From NCBI GenBank assembly GCA_002269645.1, contig NIVC01001743.1:1-64000 (forward strand): a stretch of 64,000 nucleotides of DNA. The letters run 5' to 3'. The notes beneath the pieces are model-generated. The model did no database searches and had not been told where the DNA came from. It saw only the letters and a program-made list of their open reading frames with translations. The translations under genes and the position numbers were made by a program. The DNA comes from Macrostomum lignano. Taxonomy: Eukaryota. Shown here in pieces: positions 1 to 13,304 of the stretch; within the stretch, counting starts at the first letter, position 1; each line of letters starts with the position of its first letter.

Positions 1-111
1 GGCTTCATGGCATGTATATAAATTCGCGAAAAGTTAGCAAGAATCTGCCTTTTGATTTCCGACGGAGACGATAATCATTGAATACAAACCAGCACATATT
101 CTTTCCCAGCA

Positions 112-2626
<2,515 letters not shown>

Positions 2627-3216
2627 GGCAACTGTTTTGGCTTTTGATAGCTTCTTGAAATAAACTACTAGTAGTAGGCTGAATGTTTATACAGATCAGT
2701 TGACACAAGCAACAGTCTTAATTCGCAAATGCGTTTTATTTAAACTTTAGGACGTCGTGTCAAGATTAAGAAATGTGCTGTTTCGCGGTCTAGGCGCCAT
2801 GTTAAACAGTCTTTATTTTCTCATGCTTAATCTTTTATACTCGTATTTTGAACTGTTTAATTTAGTCACCACCCAATCAAAAATGCGCCTCAGTAGCAAC
2901 CTAAAATCAGTTTTTTATCTTTACTATCAGTACTTTGTCAGACATTTTTCTGCAAATAATTTTGAAATGGCTTTGGATTGTTTAAGTTTCTATCTCGCTT
3001 AATTTTTTAAATAACTTATCGCTTCTTTAAATACTCGTGAGCAATGGCTAGTGATTATTTGTGTCCCTTGAAAATTACAATAAATCCGGAACTTTTCTAT
3101 ACAAAGAACTTTTGAAATCATTTTATTATTGTAAGAGGCGTGAATGTTTTCGCTGTTGTGTGGTTGTTATAGGGTTGGAGGTATTCATCTGCAAATAATC
3201 GCAAATAAGTTTACAT

Positions 3217-3228
3217 TGGTGGCAGCGG
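3217..3228 (+). promoter_or_regulatory. Primer-binding site complementary to a tRNA-Leu-type 3' end (CCGCTGCCACCA)
   Basis: TGGTGGCAGCGG lies 1 nt after the 5' LTR. Metazoan tRNA-Leu(AAG/TAG) ends in CCGCTGCCA plus CCA (established knowledge). Confidence 0.75.
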
Positions 3229-3252
3229 CCTCAGTTGCAAACCGGCTCACTC

Positions 3253-4095
3253 ATGGCGCACGCAAATGCACTTTTACCGCCAAAGTTTTCTGGCTCAGAC
3301 GATACCGATATCAACATGTGGCTGAAGATGTTCGAGGACTTTGCAGCAGATTCTGAGTGGAATGACACCAAGATGGCATCCAAGATCAAACTGCTTCTAT
3401 CAGGTGAAGCCCTCGTGTTCGTCTGGGACCTGCCAGTGGCCAAACAGAGCAGCTACAAGATCTTAAAGGACGAACTCGTCAAGTTCTACAGAAGCAAGGA
3501 TAACACTTTTCGCGCTATGTCTGAGTTCGAGAGCCGGAAGAGACGCCAAGGAGAGTCGCTGAGGGAGCTGTGCTACGCACTCAAGCTTCTGTATCGAAAG
3601 GCACGCCCGGAGCACGCTCAAACGGTGAGAGATTGCGAAGTGCGACACCGACTGCTAGCTCTGCTACCGACAGAGATTCGTGAGGCTCTGTTGAAAGCTT
3701 CGGATTATGACAGCAGCAGTCCTGAACAGCTGGCAGACCGCGCCACAGCGCTGGAGAGCATCGGCAGCAAAGGAGCCCCGGCAAGCGTCGCAGTGACATC
3801 GGTGAGCAGCCAAGTGACAGACCGGCTGGAGCAAATGCAAGAGCAGTTGGCGGATCTGGCTGCGACAGTCGCCACCATTGGCAGCCGCGGAGGACAGCGC
3901 GGTGGGAGAAGGAATGCAGCTCGTGGAAGAGGCAGCACCCGTGGAAAATGCTTCAACTGCGCTCAGCCCGGTCATTTCGCTGCTCAGTGTCCAGGCAAGC
4001 AAGTCGCGCCAGCTGTGCCGTCTGTGTGCAGCCGCTGCTCAGGCAGAGGACACCGGGCCGAGGTCTGCCCGACCCCGGCTTCGGGAAACTTCTGA
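3253..4095 (+). CDS. gag: Gag with two CCHC zinc knuckles
   Basis: CFNCAQPGHFAAQC and CSRCSGRGHRAEVC motifs. ATG at 3253; the ORF track starts upstream at a TTG. Confidence 0.92.
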   Translation: MAHANALLPPKFSGSDDTDINMWLKMFEDFAADSEWNDTKMASKIKLLLSGEALVFVWDLPVAKQSSYKILKDELVKFYRSKDNTFRAMSEFESRKRRQGESLRELCYALKLLYRKARPEHAQTVRDCEVRHRLLALLPTEIREALLKASDYDSSSPEQLADRATALESIGSKGAPASVAVTSVSSQVTDRLEQMQEQLADLAATVATIGSRGGQRGGRRNAARGRGSTRGKCFNCAQPGHFAAQCPGKQVAPAVPSVCSRCSGRGHRAEVCPTPASGNF

Positions 4096-7000
4096 GGACT
4101 GGTGAGCGCGGGCCATCACCAGCCCTGCCTAGCAAGGCCCAAACCGTCTCAATATTTCTGCCCGGCAGCATTGCTGGCCGGCCCTGCAGGTGGCTGTTCG
4201 ACACTGGCGCACAGGTAACTTTGGTTTCAGCTGCGCTGCTTCGAGTTCTAAGAGTCGATGCTCAGTTTCATCCTCCTATCAGCACTCCGGTCGGAATCGA
4301 TGGTCGACGCTTGGAGTCTCCGGCGAGTGCAACGCTAGCGATACAGCTAGAGGGACTGCCATCCGTGGAGCACCAGGTAATGGTGGTTGCCGGGATTCAG
4401 CCGGAATGCGTGCTCGGTATGGACACCATCGGAAAATGTGCTCAAGTTTTAGCGTCAATCTCCCGGCGTCTTCTGTCCAGCTGGGGTCAACCAGGATCTC
4501 GATCTTGCCGGACAGGAGCTCCTCGCAGGCCTGCCGAGTGGTGCCCACCGCCGTGATAGCCAGAGTTGCCAGCACCGTGTCCATTCCAGCCCGCAGCCGC
4601 GTCATCATCCCAGTCAAAATGCCATCGTCTGTCGAGCAGGGTCTATTCGAGCCCAGCTCAGATTTTATCGACAAGACTGGCCTGCTGCTAAACAGGGCTC
4701 TGGTGGTCTCCAGCGTAGATGGAAATCTCCCAGTGGGCGTCTGCAACGTCAGTGCCGACCCGGTGGTGCTCTACCAGAACCAGGCAGTCGGCAACTTCGA
4801 CGCTGCAGAGGTAAACGGAGCAGACGGTGAACCTGGTGAAGAGGAAGCTGGCTTTAACATCAACCCGGAGCTGAGCGAGTCGCAGCGCGAGCGCATCGAA
4901 GCCTTGCTGTGCCAGGCAGAGCAGGCATTCGCCAGGCACGAGTTTGACCTGGGAACAACACACCTGCTGCAACACGAGATTAATCTGGAACCCGGCAGTC
5001 GCCCCATCAAGCACAGGCAGCGGACCGTTCCCCTGAATTACCGGCAGCAAGTGGACGAAAAAATTAGCGAGATGCGGCGTCACGGGATTATCGAGCCGTC
5101 CTGCAGTCCATGGGCGAGTAATCTGCTTGTGGTGCGAAAGAAAAACAACGAGATCCGAATCTGCACCGACTGGAGAGCCCTCAACTCGTGCACCGTGAAG
5201 GACGCCTACCCGCTGCCTCCGCTGTCTGCTGCGCTGGACGCGCTCACTGGAAGCAGTTGGTTCAGCACTCTTGATCTCCGCCAAGGGTTCCTGCAGGTTG
5301 AGCTGCGAGAGCAAGACCGGGAGAAGACCGCTTTCTACACCACGCAGGGCCTGATGCAGTACAGGAAACTCGGGTTCGGCCTCTGCAACGCCCCGGCAAC
5401 CTTTCAGCGCCTGATGGACCTAACGATGGCCGGCCTGAACTGGACAGAGGTGCTCACGTACATGGACGATCTGATTCTGTTTAGTCAGACCTTCGAGAAG
5501 CACGCGGAAACACTGGAACAGGTCCTGGGAAGACTGCAGTCTGCTGGCCTCAAATTGAACAAGCGCAAGAGCTACTTCTGCTTCCAGGAGGTTGAGTACC
5601 TAGGGCACAAAATCTCGGCAGAAGGCATTCGACCAACTCAGGACAAGGTCAGCGCTATCCAGTCCATCCCGATACCCGAATGCGCTGAGGATGTTCGCCG
5701 GCTTGTCGGCATGCTGGGCTTCTACCGGCGTTTCGTTCCGCACTTCGCCAGCATCGCTAACCCGCTTCATCAGGCGACTCAGAAGAGTCGACAGTTTCAA
5801 TGGACAACTCAGTGGGATGACGCTCTGCGGAAGCTGAAGTCAGCTCTGTCGACACCACCCGTACTGAAGCTGCCTGACTTCTCCAAGGGATTCCGGTTGT
5901 GCTGTGACAGCAGCGGAGTGGCCATCGCCAGCGTCCTGAGCCAGCTCCACGAAGATGCCGAGTGTCCGGTAGCCTACGCGTCGAGAGTCCTGAACAAAGC
6001 GGAGCGCAATTATTCGACTACCCACAGAGAGCTTCTTGCGGTGGTCTGGGCGATGAAGCATTTCCGGAACTACTTGGCGTCCGCTGGCGAAATTCTCTTC
6101 TTCACCGACCACAAGCCGTTGCAAGGGCTGCTCAACACCAAGGAGCCAGAAGGCCGGCTAGCCAGATGGATTACGTTTCTGCAGGAGATCAACTTCAAGC
6201 TGCTCTTCAGACCTGGTCACGAAAATGTGGTTGCGGACGCGCTAAGCCGAGCAGCGGCGACCCGGCTGCACCCTGCCTGGTCGGACAACGACATCCGTGT
6301 AGCGCAGGCTGACGACCCAGTGCTAGCGGCGGCTCGACAAGTGCTCCTCGGACAAAGGCCAAGACGTGGCAAGGCTGCAGATGACGCAGAACACCTGGTG
6401 AGGACAGAGAAGCTGGACCTTGGTGAAGATGGCGTCCTCAAGAAGAGTGGCCAACCCGTCATCCCGCGGCAGCTTCGCCAGGACCTGCTGCAGCTGCTGC
6501 ACGACGATCCTGCAAGCGGGCACCTCGGAACCGAAAGGACGCTGGCCAGAGTCATCAGCAGAGCTTGGTGGCCCGGCCTAAAGGACGACGTCCAGCACTG
6601 GGTGAGCAGCTGCGAAGTGTGTCAGTGTCGCAAGGTACCGCATCAGCACCAGAGGGCACCGCTGCAGATCAACACCGTGCCATCAGCTCCTTGGGAGATG
6701 GTGCAGGTGGACATCAAAGGGCCCCTCCCAGAGACTGAAGCCGGCTTCAGGTACATCATCTGCTTCATGGACGTGTTCTCCAAGTGGGTTGAGGCGACCG
6801 CGGTGTCCAACATTGAGGCCCGGACGGTTGCGGATGCGCTGCTAAGGAGTGTCGTTCTTCGCCATGGAGCGCCCGAAGTCATCCACTCCGATCAGGGTCG
6901 TCAGTTTGAAAGTGTCGGATTTCCATCCTCCAAATATTTGTACTTTCTATTACCTTGTACTTTTCAGTTAGCCGTCTCCCTTTGTCTAACTTGCCTTTTC

Positions 7001-7975
7001 CACAGACTATCGTAACCGTTCATTTACCACAGACAATTTGGCTGGCCTGTTCATCATTGTTAGTATAAATACAACTTCAACCCGCGGCTTGGCCCCTCAC
7101 TTCTTTCCCCTCTCTTCCTTTCTGCACCACTTATATCTCGTTCTATTAGTTTATTGTCTATTCGACAATTTTGGTAGAAAGTGACATCTTCCAAGTGCTG
7201 TGCCGCCTGTTGGATATTCGCAAGACAAGGACGACGCCCTTCCATCCCAGCGGCAACCCTGCAGTCGAGCGGTTCAATCGAACATTAGGCGATATGCTGG
7301 CGGCGTACTGCATGGAGCAGCAGAACTAAATGGGCGGACTTCCTGCCGTACGTCATCTGGGCGTACAACTCTTCAGCACACTGCACCACCAAGAGGTCGC
7401 CCTACGCAGTGCTTCACGGATGTGACCCCAGGATCCCGGCAGAGCTCAGTTTACCTGCAGGCGGCGAAAGGAGGCTCGTCACGGACACGCTGGCAGACGC
7501 TCGCACCGGCTTGCAGCTCGTGCGGCAGCGCCTGCAGTCGACACAGCGGTCACGGAAGCAGCAGTACGACAAGCGCCAGCACTTCACGCCGATCCAAGTC
7601 GGGCAGCTGGTGATGCTCAGCAACCCGGCGGTGTTGAAGGGCCAGTCCAAGGCTCTCCGTTGGCGGTGGCTGGGACCGTACCGCGTGCTCGAGAGGCTGG
7701 GCCCCGTCACCTACCGGATCTCAAAACCCGCCGATCGGAGACGAAGCACGGTGGTGCATCACGACCGGCTCAAGCTGTTTGTGCGCAGGCGGCCGCAGCC
7801 CGCTTCCTGGCAGTCCGCCCCGACTCCGCCCGCTGCAGAGGCCGGCCGACCGCCCAGCCCGGCTGTCGATCCGCGGCTGACCTGGACGGACTTGCTGGAT
7901 GAGCCGACCGCAGTCGGCCCTCGGCGTTCTGCAAGGACTCGAAGACCGCCTGATTTTTATGCTGCGCAAAACTAG
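4083..7975 (+). pseudogene. pol: Pol (protease-RT-RNaseH-integrase), disrupted by two 1-nt frameshifts (~4435, ~7325) and an insertion (6913-7176)
   Basis: Protease FDTGA, RT YMDD, RNase H CDSS..ELLAV..TDHKPL, integrase HHCC plus VDIKGP/HSDQGRQFES/PAVERFNRTL, and GPY/F motif WLGPYRV. Confidence 0.92.
6913..7176 (+). mobile_element. Nested LTR of a different family (TGTCGGA..TTCGACA, 6913-7167) plus a PBS-like stub ATTTTGGTA
   Basis: It interrupts integrase between QFES and DIFQ. GAAAG is duplicated at 6908-6912 and 7177-7181. It has inverted TG/CA termini and a TATAAATA at ~7064. Confidence 0.6.
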
Positions 7976-8728
7976 TTTACTGGTTCATTTTTGCTATTCG
8001 TGCGTTTTTTATTCTCATGGTTTTACTGCCTCTTTTGTCTTTTCGTAGTTTTTTTATTATCCTCAATTTAGGGAAGGAATGATGTAAGAGGCGTGAATGT
8101 TTTCGCTGTTGTGTGGTTGTTATAGGGTTGGAGGTATTCATCTGCAAATAATCGCGATGTACATTGATTGACGTACATTGCAAATATATAAATCGTTGCG
8201 CGTGGCTTTAGCCACTTCGTGTGTTTTTGGTCTCGCTTAACTCTCGCCTTCTCTCAGTTTACATTATGAATAATAAAACTATATTTCTTTCTTACTTTCT
8301 TAATTACTCACTTATATGCTATTTTAGTGCCGTTTATCTCGAAGCTTTGTCAAAGCGCTAGATGCCAGGCAGATGTCAGAGTTAAAAATAGAACGGGTAC
8401 TCACAAGAGAAAGAACTATTTTTACATTGTTTATGAGGGTGAATTCATACTTTTTGTTATTTTTACACGAGCTTCAATAGAGTTTAGAGAGAAGCAAGGT
8501 GGCGTGTAACAGTCTCGCAAGATTTCTGTATTCAAGTACTTTAATGTACAACAGAAGCCACGGTGAGCAGTAGCTATTTTGGCTTAGTATAGTCTCATAG
8601 CTATAAATAGCGATTGCTGTTTTGAAACTGTTTGAAGGAACCTAAAGCTTTTATAAATACGAGCGTGAATCCGGTTAGTTGCTAAAATCTTAATTAAGAG
8701 GGAAAAGTAAACCTCAGAATTTCTAAAA

Positions 8729-9749
8729 ATGTCTAACAGCAGGCAAACGGTCAAGCTGGCCATCATTGGTGACAAAGGCGTTGGCAAGAGCAGCCTGATG
8801 GAACGCCATCATAAACAGGACAATTTTGAATGCGATCGTCAGAGACTGAATGTCGGCCTGGCGTACAGCGTCTGCCTGCACCGCTGCGGCCCCGGCTCTG
8901 AGGATGTCGAGCTCCGCGTCTGGGAGCTGCCAGCTGGGGAGTCTTACTCGGCCATTGCTGAATGCTACGCAGCTGACGCGGACGCGCTGCTGCTTCTGTT
9001 CGACGCCACGCGTCAGGACTCGACGTTGGAGTTTCTGCAGCGTCGAATCGCCCAGCAACAGCTGCTTGCTGCTTCAGGTGCGAATTGAACGATTCCCATT
9101 TTTAAACCTTCCCTGGAAAAACATTATTTGATCTGGGGCAGTGAATATAACCATTCTTTTAATTTAGCATGCACAACATGCTTCTCTATTGTATTTTATA
9201 GATGTTTTTTTAGATTTTATAAGCCCAAAATCGTTGTTAATACTCGCAAGTAGCATTGGCTGAACTTTTTGTTTGCGAGTATTTACAAGTTTGGGTTTAT
9301 ATAATCTAAAAAAACAATATATACTACAGTGGTACTTGCCTTTCAGTTTTGTGGCAAACATGCATGCTGCCACTGTAACATTGTCCATGATTATTTCAGG
9401 TCAGCCGGCAATGCTGGTCTGCTGCAAGTCCGACGCTGAGCAGCAGCAGTGCGAAGAGCTGCCGGACAAGTTGAATTTCTTGGTGGAAGGCACGACTGTG
9501 ACTCTGCCATTGCGGGCCGCTTCCGCCCTGACCGGAATCGGCGTGGACACCGTCTTCAATGACATTGTCAACGCGGTACTGCAGAAACGACTACAGCAGC
9601 AACAGCAGCAACAGTCTGCAGTGCAGGTCCAGGCTGTCAATCAGGGGGATCAGACTACTGGGGTCCCGCTTAGACGACGGGCCTCGAAACTGAGATCGTC
9701 GCTGAGGCGAAGCTTCTCTATTAGATCTCGAGGCACGATCGGCATCTAA
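8729..9749 (+). CDS. Divergent Ras/Rab-superfamily small GTPase, 2 exons (8729-9077, 9400-9749), 232 aa
   Basis: G1 GDKGVGKSS, LLLLFDAT strand, G4-like CKSD, G5-like SALTG..V..VF. A phase-1 GT-AG intron joins the two ORFs. Confidence 0.85.
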
Positions 9750-10499
9750 TAGCCCGAGTTTTGGCTGGAGTTGACTATAATTACGAGCTTCCATGCACTC
9801 ACCTCTTTGTAGATATACAGATTTTTTTAAACTTTTAATTATTCATTACACTTTTTTGCAGTTTTAATCGTTTTCATTTTGTTTTCATTAGATCTAGTAT
9901 ACATGCGATATCAGTTGTCACTCAGGGCATAACAATAAACTTTAACGTCATCAGCACTTATCTCAGTATAGCTAGTACGCTCGTAGCATTATAAATATTA
10001 GCTACTAACAAGTAGCAAGAAAAGAATATCAAAAGCGAGTTTCTTATTTTGTGTTCAAAAAGATTCTGCACATGATGATATGTTCAATTCCCATCTGTCG
10101 GTTTAGCCGCAAATTGCCGGGAAAACTATACGTTTCTTGAAAAATTTTAGAAGGCCGGTTTTCCGTAAAAATACAATACGGGTATAGGTTTTCATTTTAG
10201 CACAAAAATTGTTATTGCTTGTGATAGGAGTTAGACCAAGTGTGCATTTTATTTGATATGTTTTGCCTTTCTTATATCGTGTAGCTCTATTGATATTCAT
10301 AAAGTTTTAGTTTAGAAAATTAGGATTCTGTGTTAATTTACATACTACATGTACATACAAACGCATATTAAATGTCTTATGCCTACGAGTAAAAATCATA
10401 AAAAGGGCACAGCTAGGCTCATTGGTTTTAAGAATATCTATTTTGTCATATTCTTAGCGGACTGTGTAACAATATCTGTAACTGCAGATTGATAAAATA

Positions 10500-12360
10500 G
10501 ATTCTCTTGAAGGGTTTCGACCTTCGGGTCCCTTGTTAGGGAAGCCTTCGGGCCTCAGGCCTCAGAAATAAATCAATTAGAGTCCTGGCCCCCCACTCCT
10601 GTCAGATGGTCAGCCCCATGGTAGCTTGATCGTGTGGCGAGCAGTCTAGGTCCTATAGCTAAGAGAGGGACAGCGAGAGACGAGCAGGGAGAATTTCGAA
10701 GGTAGAAATTAGTTAACCCACAGGTTAGCTAACTCGCTGCCACCAGCCCGTACGTCCTGGCTCACCACACCGGGGCTCTCGAAATCGGGCTTCCGACTAG
10801 AAGGGGCTTTGCACTTACCTGCCAGCTGTCAATCTCGAAGTCATAACCTATGATAAGGGACACTGCTGGGACTAGATCGCATTGGCCATGCAGGTACAGA
10901 GGGGACTTGTGCAGGGGATTCTTGCAGTGGCGAGTCTATGGGGTAGCTACATGTACTATTACATTGCTAAATACGAAGATTAAACTTTTGGCCTTCAACG
11001 CGCCAACTAACCTCCCCTAGCGCTGATGATAGGCTAACTCGAACATTCACGAGATCGCATGATTCATTACCCGAGCCGCTTGGCTAACCTAGAGTGCACA
11101 GAGTACATCTCTGGCGCCGATTCAGCACTCCTGGCAGTTTTGCTCACTGATTTGGTAGATTGATCGACTGAGAACTGCCTTGCCATTGGTCCACTGTGAC
11201 CGGCGCCTACTAGCTTAGCTACTCATCTGAGCCATCGGCGAACAAAGAAACAGAACCGATAAAATAACTGTTAGATTTAACCTTCTCCTTAATTCACTTC
11301 ACACCTTAGATTGAATTGGAGTTTCAGACTACTAGCAGTATTATTGAATGACTTCTGCCTGAGCAACAGCACTACTGAACAAAATGAGCAAATGTGTGCG
11401 CCTAATCCAACTACTGAAACAGGGGACAGATAGGGGATCACCCAATCAAGCAAGTCTAGGTAGCCTCTCACCCAACCAATCAGAAACTCAACAGCCGGAG
11501 ACCAGGTAATCCACAGTGACCGAATCGGCTTGATGCTTCGCAGCTGTAGACTCGGGATGATGCTGATGTCACAATCTTCGCTGATAGCTAGCAGGTGATG
11601 CTCTTCACTTTGATGTTCGCTGCTGATGACCGGGGGATTCGTCCTTGATGATGATGGGGGGAGGTCGCAATCCGGGGATCAAGAAACGACGGTCAGGCCA
11701 GGGAAAGAGCGAGTTCCTGGCCGATAGCAAGCGTAAGCGCAAGCGTCTGGAGTCCGAGCGGGCCAAAAACTCCGGTTTAAATAGCCGCCAACTGGACCGC
11801 AGTTTTTTATAATGGAACACGTCGATTCTGATTGGCTGAGCCGATTTGTTAAAATGAGCGCCGAATTTTCTGATTGGCTAAGCTTGTTGCTACCCAGAAT
11901 CACGTGACCGGGAGATCCTATCAGTTCCCTTAGGGTCGTAAAAAGATGACAGGTGCGGCCATAAATCACTCAAAGTCGCAACAAAATGATTTATGACTTT
12001 TCGCGTAGGATTGACAGAAATTAATGAAAAAATATACATTAGAAAGCTCATTAAATAGAAGGTGAAGATGATGAAGAGAAATCACTAATCGCTAACCCCA
12101 AAGTACTTTTAGGGGTAAAACGCATAGTTGTCAAAGCTGTCACACGCTTGAGTGAATCCGAACAATAGGCCCTGACCTCATAAATCTGATGGCCTGTCAA
12201 AAATAATGAGAAAAAAACTGCTATTCGCATCCCCTCAGACCATCTGGCGCAAGCCTCAACACTGAGTGAGGCACAGGTGGCTGTCAAACCAGCTTCGAAA
12301 GCGATGATTTATGACCCAAAAAGCTGCGCCTATGTTATTATGACTACTAGTATGACCAAA
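10500..12360 (-). other. GC-richer non-coding block with promoter-like motifs on the minus strand; possible LTR/TE leader remnant
   Basis: ATTGG at 11831 and 11873, TATAAAAA on the minus strand at ~11804-11811, CACGTG at 11901, and a minus-strand donor CAG/GTAAGT at ~10815. No recognisable protein and no confirmed termini. Confidence 0.3.
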
Positions 12361-13166
12361 CATTATATCTAGTATGGATTCCATGTGAATTCGCAGAAAA
12401 CGGATAAAAAATGCCCCTAGCCTACTGTTAGTAAGTAAGTAAGTTTATAGCCCATGTGCTAGCGCGGGATTTGAAAAAAAGTGCGTCCTCATCACTCTCA
12501 ACCTCAACACAAGGATTGCCTCAACTCTGTCATGTCTTTAAGGTCTTCTTCGGCCGTGCCCACCGACAGACAGACTGCATGGTTGCTTTGTTGAGGCGAG
12601 GGTCATGATAGATACGTTGCCGTCAATTAACTTCTAAATATACTAAATCTCTAAGGTTTGTATGCTTGCTTGCTTGAATGTCCATAACGCTCTAGAGATC
12701 GCAATCCTATATACTAAAAATGAGTTGTCTGTGGGTAGGTAGGTATGCGATAGATTTCAGAAAAAATGGCTCAACCGATTTTCTTCAAACTTGCACCATT
12801 TGATCAGAAATTTTCCTGGGACGGTACATGCATCTTGGCTAAGAAATTTCTCAATTTTAAAGGGATTAAATATTCGAAAAACATGCTTTTTTGCAAAGGT
12901 CAAGCAGCTCTTTCGACCTGAAATGCATTGTAAGAATGCTAGAGAAAAAACTGACTGACTGAATTCCAATTGTGATAAAGATTACATCACAACCAGTTGA
13001 AAACAGTGCCGAACAAATGCACACAAAACTTGATTTAAATTGCGTAACTAATATTGCTAACTTAAATTGACACTGATACTGGCTGACTGAGAAATTGATT
13101 ATGTCATAACTTTTTACTCTAACCGATTTGCTATAAGAATTAAATTATAAGGGCCACAATTCAAGA

Positions 13167-13250
13167 CAAGAGATAGCATAGATGCGAACAGACTGGACTG
13201 CTAATGCTGCGACCTGGGTTCGAATCTTAGTAGTGCAAAAAGATTTTTTT
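13167..13250 (+). pseudogene. tRNA-derived segment (A-box, Ser-GCT-like anticodon arm, B-box, T7 run) inside Helitron unit 1; homologs at ~17025, ~21426, ~24460 and ~35228
   Basis: TAGCATAGATGC (A-box-like), TGGACTGCTAAT, T-arm CTGGG-TTCGAAT-CTTAG, then TTTTTTT. The acceptor stem does not pair. Confidence 0.6.
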
Positions 13251-13304
13251 ATTCAAAAACCTTAAAAACACAAAATGCTAAACACAAAAAAGCACAATTT
13301 CAAA

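Larger units (their letters stand above)
3130..8263 (+). mobile_element. Ty3/Gypsy LTR retrotransposon, defective
   Basis: TG..CA LTRs at 3130-3215 and 8083-8263; TSD TTAT at 3126-3129 and 8264-8267; PBS TGGTGGCAGCGG at 3217-3228; PPT AGGGAAGGAATGA at 8070-8082; domain order gag-PR-RT-RH-IN. Confidence 0.95.

Noticed and set aside
6912-7177. Insertion in integrase as a spliceable (introner-like) intron
   Set aside because: A GT(6912)..AG(7177) excision would be in frame (adding one Lys), but the donor GTGTCG is poor and the TG..CA inverted ends plus 5-bp duplication fit an LTR better.
13167-13237. Functional tRNA-Ser gene
   Set aside because: The acceptor and anticodon stems do not pair fully and the long Ser variable arm is missing. 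It is kept only as a tRNA-derived segment.
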